From IMG/VR virus record IMGVR_UViG_3300017971_000034, positions 6,822 through 70,821 of that record: a DNA stretch of 64,000 bases; one strand, written 5' to 3'. The DNA is from a virus. The translations under genes and the position numbers were made by a program. Under the pieces are notes generated by a model. That model had not been told where the DNA came from, did no database searches, and saw nothing but the letters and a program-made list of their open reading frames with translations. Below, piece by piece: positions 29,076-38,639 of the stretch; the first letter of the stretch is position 1, and each line of letters starts with the position of its first letter.

Positions 29076-30025
29076 CTCCTAAATACCTCCTCCTCTATCG
29101 CGGCCATCAGCTCCGGGTCATCACGCAACCGCTGCACCACCCGTAGCCTCCCCTGGGCTACGTTGTTACCGCGGAAGGAGAACCACGCCCCCTTCTGTTC
29201 TACCTTACCAAGGCCCACCGCCAGCTCCAGTACCTCGGCCTCACGGCTGATCCCCTTACCCCACAATATATCGAACTCGCACTGCTCCCACGGTACGGCT
29301 AGCTTGTTCTTGACGACCTTGACGCGGGTCCGGCTCCCCACCGTACGCTCACCAGCCTTAACCTGCCCAACCCGCCGTACGTCGAGCCGCACGCTCGAGT
29401 AGAATTTGAGGGCGTTACCCCCCGGCGTGGTCGTCCGAGAACCGAACACCACCCCTATCTTGTGGCGGGTCTGGTTGGTAAACAAGATCAGCGTGTTACC
29501 ATAGTAAGCGACCGAGGTTAGGGAACGCAGGGCCTTAGACATCATGCGGGCCTGGGCCCCGATATGCGTATCTTCGTAGTCACCCTCAAGCTCCGCCTTG
29601 GGGGTAAGCCCCGCCACGGAGTCTACAACGACGATCGCGACCTCCCCGGACTCGCACAGCAACCGAACGGCCCCCAGAGCCTGCTCGCCGCTATCCGGCT
29701 GCACGACCAACAACTCCGACCAGTCCACCCCCAACGCGCGGGCGTAGGAAGGGTCAAGAGAGTGCTCCGCGTCGATAAAGGCGGCCCCCAATCCGGACAC
29801 CTGCGCGCTGGCCACGGCGTGCAGGCACAGGGTGGTCTTACCGCTGGACTCCTCGCCGAACACCTCGGCGATCCTACCGCGAGCGTATCCGCCCACGCCC
29901 AGGGCCCGGTCCAACCCCAAGCTACCCGTGGATATTACCTCAACGGGGGCGTGCTCGGAGACCCCGACCACGGACCCGGGATACTTAGCCTTCAGAGCCT
30001 TGATCGCCTTCTTCATTCCCGCCAC
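29066..30025 (-). CDS. recA: RecA recombinase (bacterial type)
   Basis: [56 protein letters not shown]. Confidence 0.97.
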   Translation of the reverse strand: MAGMKKAIKALKAKYPGSVVGVSEHAPVEVISTGSLGLDRALGVGGYARGRIAEVFGEESSGKTTLCLHAVASAQVSGLGAAFIDAEHSLDPSYARALGVDWSELLVVQPDSGEQALGAVRLLCESGEVAIVVVDSVAGLTPKAELEGDYEDTHIGAQARMMSKALRSLTSVAYYGNTLILFTNQTRHKIGVVFGSRTTTPGGNALKFYSSVRLDVRRVGQVKAGERTVGSRTRVKVVKNKLAVPWEQCEFDILWGKGISREAEVLELAVGLGKVEQKGAWFSFRGNNVAQGRLRVVQRLRDDPELMAAIEEEVFRRCG

Positions 30026-30530
30026 CCATGACTTCCCCGAACGCTCCCACCACCGTACTCCACACCTTGTCGCGGCGGCGCTCCTTAAGCCCGCGGTACC
30101 CCTTCACCTTCCTTAACGCGTACGTAACGGACGAGTGGTCCTTGCGCCCCAACCACGACGCAACGTCCACCAAGGGAGCGGCCGGAAACCAGCGCGCCAG
30201 GACCCAAGCAGCCACCTGGCGCGCCTCCCTAACCTGACCGTTGAGGCTGTCCCCCCTAACGTCCCGCGACGATACCCCGTAGAGGTGGGAGACGACGTCC
30301 AAGATATCCTGCCACCGGACGACCGCTGATACCGTTATCGGCGGGCCCCTCAGGATCCCCGCACATTCGCGGAGGGCGTCCGACAGGACCTCGGCACACT
30401 GGGCCAACCGCTCGTCGACGCCCTGAACGATTGACCGGTCGTTCACGATGGCCACCGCGTCAGGAACGTGGAACCCTTGCCGTAGTACCGGCGGGCCCAC
30501 CAATACGTCAGGCGCCGCTGAATCCTGCAC
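29985..30530 (-). CDS. Stand-alone DnaA C-terminal (domain IV) HTH protein; start uncertain
   Basis: [42 protein letters not shown]. Confidence 0.8.
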   Translation of the reverse strand: MQDSAAPDVLVGPPVLRQGFHVPDAVAIVNDRSIVQGVDERLAQCAEVLSDALRECAGILRGPPITVSAVVRWQDILDVVSHLYGVSSRDVRGDSLNGQVREARQVAAWVLARWFPAAPLVDVASWLGRKDHSSVTYALRKVKGYRGLKERRRDKVWSTVVGAFGEVMGGGNEEGDQGSEG

Positions 30531-30602
30531 AGGGCAGCCCGACCCACCTCTCCTTCAACGCCGAACGACCGCAGCAGCCGGCGCTGAGACCTGAAAACGT
30601 TC

Positions 30603-30779
30603 CTAGGATTCACGGTCCACCTCATCCCGCTGCGAGAAGACCAAGCGGATAAGCGCCCAGAGGTTCTCGTCGACGATGGGCTCGCGGCGGAGTTCCTCGT
30701 ACGCCTCCACGGCGTGGTTCAAACGCCCCAACACGTTGTCGAAGTCTTCTACCAGCGCCTTACTCGTTACGGTTGCCAT
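30603..30779 (-). CDS. Small hypothetical protein (58 aa, not in ORF track)
   Basis: AAGGAG RBS; MATVTSKALVEDFDNVLGRL... Confidence 0.55.
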   Translation of the reverse strand: MATVTSKALVEDFDNVLGRLNHAVEAYEELRREPIVDENLWALIRLVFSQRDEVDRES

Positions 30780-30796
30780 CCTAAATCTCCTTGCTA
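30761..30796 (-). repeat. Repeat copy 2 (RBS plus first codons)
   Basis: Matches 27908-27946. Confidence 0.8.
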
Positions 30797-30892
30797 CCGA
30801 ACCCGTCGTGGGCCCGCCCAGTCCCCGGAACCAACGCTCCGGGAACCGCCGCGGACTAACGATCGGACTAAACTAGGCACGTCCCCTCCCCC

Positions 30893-31270
30893 CTACAGTA
30901 CCTTGCTGCCGGCGTAGTGTCGGTCGTGGTAGCGGTTGCGGCGGCCGTCCATGAAGTCCTGCTCACCCTTGCCCTCGCACCGGTAGCACACGCCCCCGGG
31001 TCCCGTAGGCCGACCGTTCAGGACCATCGTTACGAAGGCGCCCGTGCCGGCACAGCGCCGGCACGGCATGCGCAGGGTCTCCACGGCCTCCACCCACCTC
31101 TCTGGGGTGGGGTTCTCCCCGGCCGTGGCGCGGGCCGCGGCGTTCACCTGCTCCACGCTGGCGTTGTCGTAGGACAGAGCGTAAAGCGCCCGCGCATACC
31201 GCTTCCGGTAACCGTCTATCGTCGTCTGCTTAGCCAATCCTTCGCTCTCCGGTCTCCCGGCCGCGCCCAC
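30893..31270 (-). CDS. Protein with DnaJ-type CxxCxGxG zinc motifs
   Basis: CRRCAGTG...CYRCEGKG. Confidence 0.65.
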   Translation of the reverse strand: MGAAGRPESEGLAKQTTIDGYRKRYARALYALSYDNASVEQVNAAARATAGENPTPERWVEAVETLRMPCRRCAGTGAFVTMVLNGRPTGPGGVCYRCEGKGEQDFMDGRRNRYHDRHYAGSKVL

Positions 31271-31284
31271 CGCGACCTACCTGT

Positions 31285-31314
31285 ATTAAAACATAATTCC
31301 ATATTCCGTGTCAA
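31285..31314 (-). promoter_or_regulatory. sigma70-type promoter
   Basis: TTGACA-N18-TTTAAT with extended TG. Confidence 0.6.
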
Positions 31315-31672
31315 GCATTAAATTACTACAAACGAAACGAGAACAACCGCCGCACAACCACACCTCCCCGCACCCGGTAACGGGACCACCAAAACCGGAA
31401 ACGTCTAACCAGGTACCGTTCACCGGGAGGGGAGACACCCGCGCCACGAACAGGTCGAACAGCTCCCGCACCCTGGATAGAGCCTCGACGGCCTCGTCCA
31501 CGGACAGGTCCCGACCCGCACAGTCGCCGGACCACTCGCTGCGGAGGTCCGAGAACAACGCCGCGCCCTCCTCACCGGCGACATGGTACGCTACCTCGGA
31601 CAACTCCTCAACGAGGGCGGCCAAGCACCCCGTATAGCTACAGGTACCCCGACCCCCCACGGTGACCGTTAC
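31286..31672 (-). CDS. Hypothetical protein (start uncertain)
   Basis: Fills the gap after the PurA-family gene. Confidence 0.4.
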   Translation of the reverse strand, partial: VTVTVGGRGTCSYTGCLAALVEELSEVAYHVAGEEGAALFSDLRSEWSGDCAGRDLSVDEAVEALSRVRELFDLFVARVSPLPVNGTWLDVSGFGGPVTGCGEVWLCGGCSRFVCSNLMLDTEYGIMF

Positions 31673-32742
31673 CACGGGAACGACCGACGCCACACGGTAT
31701 CGGCTACCCGCGGGCCGGTAGACAGGATATCGAAGGGGCGCCCCACCAGGGACTCGTTGTTCCGGATCCAGTCCCTGGTCTTGGTAGATAGACGGCCCCA
31801 TTCGCACACCCCCCTATCCTCGTGGTTCAGGTAGTCGACGAAGGTCAGCGCCAGCCGCGTCGGTTGACATACCGTAACGGCCCTCCTGACCTCCAACGGG
31901 TCGAACAACGCAACGCGGCGGGTACGCTTCGACACGGTCGTCTGCTCGACGATCGGCTCCGGGGACCCGGAAAACTCCGTAACCTCCTCCCACGTGGTCT
32001 CCCTACCCATGGGGCCGCTAGTTCCTGACCCAACCGACGGTACGCGGATGGGGAAGGTACGCACCACCATTACGACCTCGTTAACCAGGTGCGGGGCCAC
32101 CCCCACCTCGGAACACACCACCGCCGGGCTGGTATCGCGCGAGGTAACGTACGGGTAGTACCCGTAGTAGGAGCTGAGGCCGAACCCCTGCGTACCCTCC
32201 AACAGGATGTTGCGGCCCTCGGTACGGGCTTCGTCCACCACCGACGGAACGTCCCCCAGGTACCTCTGGAAGCGCGGTTCGTCACCCGCCAGCGGGACGT
32301 CCCGCCTGCCGCGGTCCAGTATACGGCGGGCCAGGGCCTCGCCGGTTCCCTCGGCCGTGGACCCTATGCGGTCCCGCAGCGACCCCTCCGGAGAATTCCC
32401 GTCGTCGACGTGACCCTCGCGCCTCATATCCTCCCGCGTTACCAGACTAGCGCGCGGGTCGATAACGAGGCGGTCGGGCCCCAACCCGAACCTGGCTATC
32501 TCCTCGCACAGTACGTCCGGCTGCAGTACCGCCCCGGGGCCGATGGCCATCCGCAGGTGCCGATAACACGCACCAGAAGGGAGACTGCGCGTAACGTGGA
32601 ACGCGCCGTTCGGACCCTCGAACACGTGCCCCGCGTTGGGGCCGCCACCGCGTACCGACAGGTCCGCCCCCTGAGCCAGCATACCGGCCACCTTGCCCTT
32701 CCCCTCGGAACCGAACTGGCCACCCACCACCACCGTTATCAT
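31669..32742 (-). CDS. purZ: PurA-family synthetase with PurZ0-type signatures (probable diaminopurine/Z pathway)
   Basis: GGQFGSEGKG (Ser at the PurA Asp13 position), NAGH, EGTQG, YPYVTSRD, RTFPIRV, SGP, TTVSKRTRRV, TFVD. Confidence 0.8.
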   Translation of the reverse strand: MITVVVGGQFGSEGKGKVAGMLAQGADLSVRGGGPNAGHVFEGPNGAFHVTRSLPSGACYRHLRMAIGPGAVLQPDVLCEEIARFGLGPDRLVIDPRASLVTREDMRREGHVDDGNSPEGSLRDRIGSTAEGTGEALARRILDRGRRDVPLAGDEPRFQRYLGDVPSVVDEARTEGRNILLEGTQGFGLSSYYGYYPYVTSRDTSPAVVCSEVGVAPHLVNEVVMVVRTFPIRVPSVGSGTSGPMGRETTWEEVTEFSGSPEPIVEQTTVSKRTRRVALFDPLEVRRAVTVCQPTRLALTFVDYLNHEDRGVCEWGRLSTKTRDWIRNNESLVGRPFDILSTGPRVADTVWRRSFPW

Positions 32743-32743
32743 C

Positions 32744-33589
32744 TCACTCCTCCTCGTCTATGTCTGGATAGGGGGTGTAACAGCGGCACACCTCCCCGGT
32801 TATTGGAGACTGGGCGTACCTCTCCCCGAGGCGCCCGCCGCCCCTCATCCGCTCACAGGCAGCGCGTACCTTCCGCCACCGCTTGGGATACGGAAGGTAC
32901 GTCAACCGTGCGGAGAACGGCTCCACGTAGCACAGTTCGGCCAGCAACACGCCGACCGATATACACGGCTCCGACGCGGCACCGCCGTCCCACCCCCCGT
33001 AGTAGAAGTCCACGATGAGCGAGACCGCCTCCGGGAGGGTCTTAGCGTCCGACAAGACCCCCGCCAACCCGGCGCGGGAGACTGCTTTAGTGGGGGTTTC
33101 CGGCTCATCGGGGACCTTCTTGGAGGCCCCCCTACCGGTACCGGCCCTAACGGCACTCTTGGCGGCCCTCTTGGCGTACAACTTCTCAAGCGGGGTTAGC
33201 GCGGGACCGCCCCTCTCCAGCGACGAGGTAAGCTTCTCGCGCAGCTCCTCGGTACTGTCCGAGTGGGTATACGGCACCCCGACCTTGTTCAAAACGCGAC
33301 AAACCTGCCCGCGGTCCATGTGGGCAACGTTCAACTGCTCCTCCCGGCTGTAATAGTTTAGGGTATGGGTCCCGAACCACGTGACGGTAACCGAGCACCG
33401 GCTACCGCTGCGCACGCGGACCTTGACCAATCCGAGGATGCGGAGGTAGTCGACCAGGGAAGGCCGACCTTCGGATATGCTCTCGCTAACCCAACACCGC
33501 CGCCGGTCCCGGCAACGGTCGTTTATGGCCCTTAGCAGGGCCAGCTCCGACACCCTGAGTTCCGGTATTTCGACCATCTTCCTCTCCAA
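32744..33589 (-). CDS. Hypothetical protein
   Basis: Long ORF behind a promoter, co-transcribed with purZ. Confidence 0.6.
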   Translation of the reverse strand: MERKMVEIPELRVSELALLRAINDRCRDRRRCWVSESISEGRPSLVDYLRILGLVKVRVRSGSRCSVTVTWFGTHTLNYYSREEQLNVAHMDRGQVCRVLNKVGVPYTHSDSTEELREKLTSSLERGGPALTPLEKLYAKRAAKSAVRAGTGRGASKKVPDEPETPTKAVSRAGLAGVLSDAKTLPEAVSLIVDFYYGGWDGGAASEPCISVGVLLAELCYVEPFSARLTYLPYPKRWRKVRAACERMRGGGRLGERYAQSPITGEVCRCYTPYPDIDEEE

Positions 33590-33606
33590 CGAAAACCACC
33601 CGTTGG

Positions 33607-33636
33607 ATTAGAACACAGAGATATACATCTTGTCAA
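33607..33636 (-). promoter_or_regulatory. sigma70-type promoter of the purZ operon
   Basis: TTGACA-N18-TCTAAT with extended TG. Confidence 0.6.
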
Positions 33637-33659
33637 GTATATGTCCCTATCCCTTGCCT

Positions 33660-33830
33660 CTCGAACCCCCTGAAATAACTCCGCAAAGACCGCCGCCACG
33701 TTCTCCGCCTTAACCCTGGGTAAAGCACCTCTACCAATAGTTCCGGTGGACAACCATGTTCCCGCCACGGGAGGCGACTATCCAACCAATGCTCATCGGC
33801 CCATACCAGCAACGTCTCGGAATCAACCAT
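33660..33830 (-). pseudogene. Frameshifted partial duplicate of the MutY-like gene N-terminus
   Basis: MVDSETLLVWADEHWLDSRLPWREHGCPPEL then, in another frame, GALPRVKAENVAAVFAELFQGVR; parallels the 26826-27491 product. Confidence 0.85.
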
Positions 33831-34161
33831 CTCCGTTCCCGTTGAACTCACGGCGAATACTTTCGACGAGTTCTTCAGCAAGCTTCTCTATTACCGCCAT
33901 CCGAACACGGCCCGCGGCTTCTTCAACACGATGATACCGCTGCCGCATCCTAGCTAGAAGCCCCAACTCATCCGAACTGAAGGGGGCTACCATGTCGTAA
34001 GCATCACTAAGATCCTGACGCAAAATTAACTGGTCGACGTCACTTAGAATGCCAGACAAAAAAACCTGCCTGATAGCCCAACCCATCTTGTAAAGGTTTA
34101 CTACGGCCAGCGTTCTATCGTTAGCAGCCAAAGCTGCCCTTACATGATACTTGCTACTCAT
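33823..34161 (-). CDS. Hypothetical protein (AT-richer)
   Basis: GGAGG RBS. Confidence 0.6.
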   Translation of the reverse strand: MSSKYHVRAALAANDRTLAVVNLYKMGWAIRQVFLSGILSDVDQLILRQDLSDAYDMVAPFSSDELGLLARMRQRYHRVEEAAGRVRMAVIEKLAEELVESIRREFNGNGDG

Positions 34162-34240
34162 TTTCCCTCCCCTTGTCTACACAAACACACCGGCCGTCCC
34201 CTTACCTTCCTACACCGCAGGCAACGATACTCAGTAGGTG

Positions 34241-34669
34241 TTAGGTGACAACAGCTTGATCTTCCCGGAGAGCCTCGCAAGATCGCTTGTAGAGGACAGA
34301 CGTGTTGACGGCGGGGATGTAGTGCCCGCAGACGTACAGTCGTAGAATCTCCAGCCAGTAGTAATACAGCACCTTCCAGAGCACCTTTCGCATCGGGCGC
34401 CCATTACGATCATGGGTCACCTTGATCAGTACGCAGTCACGGTTACTGATGTGGTGAATCGGAGTGTTACGATCGGGATGCTGCCAGAACTTCCGGCCGG
34501 ACCCACTGTGGTCGTAATCGTAGACGGGGATCACCTCGTCGCCGTCGCGGGTGACCCAGCCACGCCCGGTCGTGACAAAGCGACCGGAGGTCACTACAAC
34601 GCCCGTCCAAGGAGCGTTATGGTGACTACGAACCCGAGTCCCGGGTCGTAGGCGTTCGGACTTGGCCAT
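34241..34669 (-). CDS. Hypothetical protein
   Basis: ORF with ATG; composition differs from flanks. Confidence 0.55.
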   Translation of the reverse strand: MAKSERLRPGTRVRSHHNAPWTGVVVTSGRFVTTGRGWVTRDGDEVIPVYDYDHSGSGRKFWQHPDRNTPIHHISNRDCVLIKVTHDRNGRPMRKVLWKVLYYYWLEILRLYVCGHYIPAVNTSVLYKRSCEALREDQAVVT

Positions 34670-34678
34670 GTCACCCCC

Positions 34679-35446
34679 CTACAGGAAGCGGTTATGGGGG
34701 AGGCACGCGTACGCTTTCGCATCCTTCAAGGTCGCGAAGAGACGGAAGGCGAACTCCTCACCGTCGTGGCGATCGAGCCTCCAGTAGGACTGACTGCAGG
34801 TGTAACCGGCCTGCTTGGTGATCGTCCACGTGCCACAGGCGGTCTTGTAACTACCGTCGAGCTGACGAGACCACTTCAGGCCGTCCATGCGCTTCAAGAA
34901 CTCGACCGCCGCCGCGGCCATCCTAGCGCGGTAGTTGACGTAACCAGGTGACCGGGAAAGCCTGGCGGCCAGGGCTCTCACCACCTCGACGGGGTCGTCG
35001 GAACCTACCCCGAACCGTTCCGCCAGCACGGCCAGGCCAAGGTCCCTGGACCCCGGTTCGGGACAGGGGCGGACAGCCTCACCGACCGGGCACCACCGGG
35101 ATACGGTAGGGCGGGCTATCCCAAGGACGTCCGACACGGTCTGGGCAGAGAACCCCGCCGCCACCAAGGCCTCGGCCCGGGCCCGGCGCAGGTCGGGCGG
35201 GCGTACGTTGCCCTCACCCCTAAAGTACAGGCACCGGTTTTGGAAATCGTCGCGGGTGAGGCGCTCCCGAACACACTCCACCAAACTGCGGTGGAGCAGC
35301 CTAGACTCTGAAACGTTTAGGGAAGGGGACGCGGGAGGCTGGAAGCTTATCACGGCGTGTTGCCTACCGAGCGCGTCCTTGCACGCCTCCAGAAGGTCCC
35401 GGGGCAGTACCTCGTCAGCCTGTAAATACCTGTAGGAACCCATCAA
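34679..35446 (-). CDS. HTH-containing hypothetical protein
   Basis: GFSAQTVSDVLGIARPTVSRW. Confidence 0.6.
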   Translation of the reverse strand: MMGSYRYLQADEVLPRDLLEACKDALGRQHAVISFQPPASPSLNVSESRLLHRSLVECVRERLTRDDFQNRCLYFRGEGNVRPPDLRRARAEALVAAGFSAQTVSDVLGIARPTVSRWCPVGEAVRPCPEPGSRDLGLAVLAERFGVGSDDPVEVVRALAARLSRSPGYVNYRARMAAAAVEFLKRMDGLKWSRQLDGSYKTACGTWTITKQAGYTCSQSYWRLDRHDGEEFAFRLFATLKDAKAYACLPHNRFL

Positions 35447-35742
35447 CGCCCCACCACGTCCGCCAGCATCATCACAAAATTGGCCACGTCAGCCGCCTCC
35501 TCCAACACCCTAGCCGGGTCCAGGTCCTTACGAACCTTTGGAGATACCCCCCTACCCCACGCCGACCGCCGGATTACCTCCGCCTCAAGCTCCGCCAGCT
35601 CCTCCCGAGCACGGTACAGGAGCCAGAACGGATTACAATCGGACCAACCACCCTTATGGTCGTTCAGGCGGAGCTTGCGCTCCATCTCGCGCGCGAAGCT
35701 CCTTACCTCGGGGCGCACTTCCTCTCCGAACCCTTCGTCCAT
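35443..35742 (-). CDS. MazG-like nucleotide pyrophosphohydrolase-fold protein
   Basis: EELAEL...EEAADVANF motif; AGGAGG RBS. Confidence 0.6.
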   Translation of the reverse strand: MDEGFGEEVRPEVRSFAREMERKLRLNDHKGGWSDCNPFWLLYRAREELAELEAEVIRRSAWGRGVSPKVRKDLDPARVLEEAADVANFVMMLADVVGR

Positions 35743-35806
35743 CCCGCACCTCCTAACCCAAAAAAGCACACCGCCCAGGCCTAGTCAAGGATTACGAACA
35801 ACTCCC

Positions 35807-35835
35807 TTGACAAGGAGGAAGAAGAAGGATACCAT
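35807..35835 (+). promoter_or_regulatory. sigma70-type promoter at the strand switch
   Basis: TTGACA-N17-TACCAT; ATG begins 8 nt after the -10. Confidence 0.7.
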
Positions 35836-35842
35836 AAGCGGC

Positions 35843-36217
35843 ATGGGTAATAGCCAACGACGGAAGGGGGCGCGCTTCGAACGGGACACGGCCAACCACT
35901 ACCGCACCCTACTGGGACGCGACGAAGTTAGGCGAGGGCTGCAGGACCGGGAGAAACCGTCCGAATGCGACGTTGAGGGGTTTAACCTACTCTTCGTCGA
36001 GACCAAGAACCAGAGGGTGGTAAACCCGAGGGCGGCGCTGGAACAAGCGCGCGACCAGGCAGCCGGGTTGGGGGACGGAAGGATACCGGTGGTGGTATTT
36101 CAAGAGGCACCCAGGGCCGGCAGGGTCAGGAAGGGGGACCGTACCTACGTCATCATGTACCGGGGTGGGTTCGACGAATTACTACTAAAACTGCAGGAAG
36201 CGGGGGTGGAACCGTGA
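35843..36217 (+). CDS. Holliday junction resolvase-like PD-(D/E)XK nuclease
   Basis: RRKGARFER...CDV...FVETKN. Confidence 0.8.
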   Translation: MGNSQRRKGARFERDTANHYRTLLGRDEVRRGLQDREKPSECDVEGFNLLFVETKNQRVVNPRAALEQARDQAAGLGDGRIPVVVFQEAPRAGRVRKGDRTYVIMYRGGFDELLLKLQEAGVEP

Positions 36218-36624
36218 CGGACTACGGCTGGCTATACGAACCCTGGCCACGGATTGAGAAGTGGAAGGGGTGCAGACCGGTAACCAAGGCCACCAACCCG
36301 CCGGGGGTAACGCTAACCGAGCGCGTCCGCAACGCCCTGGGAAGTTCGTTCTCGCGGTGGATGGACGTGTTATTGATGACACCCCCCCAGCTCCTACGGA
36401 TCAGGAACCTCGGGCCGGCCTCCCTCCGCGACCTACAGTGCGGGTTGGCAGAGGTGGGCCTGGCCCTCGCACCGGAACCGGGCCGCGCGATGAACCGGCT
36501 CCAGGTCGAACACGTTCACCGGAAGGCCTCGGAGCTCCTGCGCGAGACCCCGGAGGATCCGTACCTGCTGGGGATGGTAACGGCATACGAGCACGTACTC
36601 GGTATAGGAAATACCGAACCGTGA
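36214..36624 (+). CDS. RNA polymerase alpha-CTD-like protein
   Basis: LTERVRNAL...LLRIRNLGPASLRDL. Confidence 0.75.
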   Translation: MTDYGWLYEPWPRIEKWKGCRPVTKATNPPGVTLTERVRNALGSSFSRWMDVLLMTPPQLLRIRNLGPASLRDLQCGLAEVGLALAPEPGRAMNRLQVEHVHRKASELLRETPEDPYLLGMVTAYEHVLGIGNTEP

Positions 36625-37991
36625 AGCTAACCATCGACAACGTCTCGACCACCGTAGAAACAGACGAAGACGAGCTAGGGTGGCTGCGGGAATACCTAAC
36701 GTACGAGGTGCCGGGGTACGACCCCAGGTCCCGCAAGCGGTACGTGGAGAGGTATTGCTCCCTGAGTAGAGAAAGGTTTCCATCCGGACTGGTAGAGATG
36801 GTGGAGGTAGCCGCCGCCGAAGACGAGGGGTTCTACGTTGAGCGGGTGGATAAGCGCAACCGCCCCACCGATGAATTCAGAGAGGACCGACTGGGGTGGC
36901 TGTACGATTACCAGCTAAAGGGCGTCCGAGCGGCCCACCGGAGCACCCGCGGGATACTAAGCCTGGCCACGGGGTCCGGTAAGACCGAGATAGGGATCGG
37001 ACTGTCCCTAGCGATACCGGTAAAGTGGCTGTTCCTGGTAGACTCCAAGGACCTGATGTACCAGACCGCGGCCAGGTACCACAACCGGACCGGGCTAGTC
37101 GCCGGAACTATCGGAGACGGCAGATGGGGTGAGTACCCGGGACACGGCGTTAGCGGCCTCAACTGCGCCACCTTCCAGACCCTGTACCGGCACCTGGACG
37201 ACGAGAGAACGCAAAGGCTGCTGGCGTCCACCGGAGGACTGATAGTGGACGAGGCCCACACCCTGCCAGCATCTACCTTCTGGCGCGTCTCCCAAGCGTG
37301 CGGGGCCTACTGGCGCCTGGGACTATCGGCCACACCCCTGGACCGCGAGGACCGCAGGTCCATACTGACGGTGGCGGCCCTGGGCCCCATCATATACCGG
37401 GTGCCGCCCCAGGACCTGATAGCCGCGGGGGCCGTGGCCCGGCCCAGGATCACCATGGTACCGTACCAACACCCTCGACCTACCCCGGGGTCCCGCAGGA
37501 AGTGGGACAAGGTGTACAGGGACGGTGTATCCCGCAACGCCCACCGCAACCGGTTTACGGCATCGGTGGTGGTGCGGGCCGCGAAACCGTCCCTGGTGTT
37601 CGTAAAGCACACCAAGCACCTGTTCTCCCTGCAGGCAGCGCTACAACAAGAGGGGTTGGTTACCGAGGTGGCCCACGGGAAGCACTCCAGCTGGAAGCGC
37701 AGGGAGACGATGGAGGCTGCCAACAGAGGCGACGTCGACGCCGTAGTGTGCACGGTGGTGTTCCAGAAGGGTATCGATATACCCGAACTACGCAGCGTCG
37801 TAAACGCCGCCGCCGGCAGGTCCGCCATAGCCTCCCTACAACGGCTGGGGCGCGGTATGAGGAACACCCCCAGCAAGGACGAGTTCGAACTGTGGGACAT
37901 CGCCGACGAGGGCGACCCGATGTTGGAGAAGCACTCCCGAACACGTGAGAAGACGTACAGGGACGAGGGATACGAGGTTAGGAGAGCATGA
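36621..37991 (+). CDS. SF2 helicase (UvsW-like)
   Basis: YDYQ, TGSGKT, DEAH, SAT, GIDIP, QRLGRGMR. Confidence 0.93.
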   Translation: MKLTIDNVSTTVETDEDELGWLREYLTYEVPGYDPRSRKRYVERYCSLSRERFPSGLVEMVEVAAAEDEGFYVERVDKRNRPTDEFREDRLGWLYDYQLKGVRAAHRSTRGILSLATGSGKTEIGIGLSLAIPVKWLFLVDSKDLMYQTAARYHNRTGLVAGTIGDGRWGEYPGHGVSGLNCATFQTLYRHLDDERTQRLLASTGGLIVDEAHTLPASTFWRVSQACGAYWRLGLSATPLDREDRRSILTVAALGPIIYRVPPQDLIAAGAVARPRITMVPYQHPRPTPGSRRKWDKVYRDGVSRNAHRNRFTASVVVRAAKPSLVFVKHTKHLFSLQAALQQEGLVTEVAHGKHSSWKRRETMEAANRGDVDAVVCTVVFQKGIDIPELRSVVNAAAGRSAIASLQRLGRGMRNTPSKDEFELWDIADEGDPMLEKHSRTREKTYRDEGYEVRRA

Positions 37992-38596
37992 AGAACGACA
38001 CCGTACCAATACCGACCGCGTCCGGGCTGCTATTCGATCCGCTGAAGCCGACCCCGGACGGGATAAGGGCCGTCGACGTAGCCCACGCGCTGGCCAACAA
38101 GTGCCGGTATACCGGCCATACGAGGGTGTTCTACAGCGTCGCCGAACATAGTGTTAGGGTATCGCAGTACCTGCGCGAGGGGGGCGTGTGCCGGGAGGGG
38201 CAGCTATGGGGCCTGCTACACGACTGCGGCGAGGCCTACCTACCGGACATAGCTTCCCCGGTAAAGCCGCACGTGTGGATACGCATCCCCGGTACGGGAA
38301 CAGACATACCCTTCGAGGAAGCCGAGAGGAACGTCCTGAGGGCCGTAGCCGAGGCCCTAACCGTCCCCTGGGAAGGGCACGACCGGTGGGCAGCGACCGT
38401 GAAGGAGGCCGACCTGGCCATACTGTCCTGGGAAGTCAGGGCGCTGCTGCCCCCCATACCCGGTTATTGGCGGGAGGCCGACAGAACCCTGAACAGATCC
38501 CCGCCGGCAGCCCCCGAACTTTCCGGAGCTCCGGGGTGGAAACCGCGGGTAGCCCGCGACGAGTTCCTGGTCTCGCTAGGTTCCCTGCTGGGGTGA
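37988..38596 (+). CDS. HD-domain deoxynucleotide phosphohydrolase (YfbR/YfdR-like; possible DatZ function)
   Basis: AHALA..CRYTGH..YSVAEHS, LLHD.GEAY..D, KEAD. Confidence 0.85.
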   Translation: MKNDTVPIPTASGLLFDPLKPTPDGIRAVDVAHALANKCRYTGHTRVFYSVAEHSVRVSQYLREGGVCREGQLWGLLHDCGEAYLPDIASPVKPHVWIRIPGTGTDIPFEEAERNVLRAVAEALTVPWEGHDRWAATVKEADLAILSWEVRALLPPIPGYWREADRTLNRSPPAAPELSGAPGWKPRVARDEFLVSLGSLLG

Positions 38597-38639
38597 GAAA
38601 CGAATGGCCTACGGGACCTTCCGAGACACCACTTCCCCC

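Noticed and set aside
31669-32742. Ordinary purA auxiliary metabolic gene
   Set aside because: It lacks the GDEGKG Asp and has PurZ-type motifs, so plain PurA is the less likely call (not excluded without an assay).
37988-38596. Firm datZ assignment
   Set aside because: Motifs fit the widespread YfbR/YfdR-like phage HD family; dATP specificity cannot be read from sequence.
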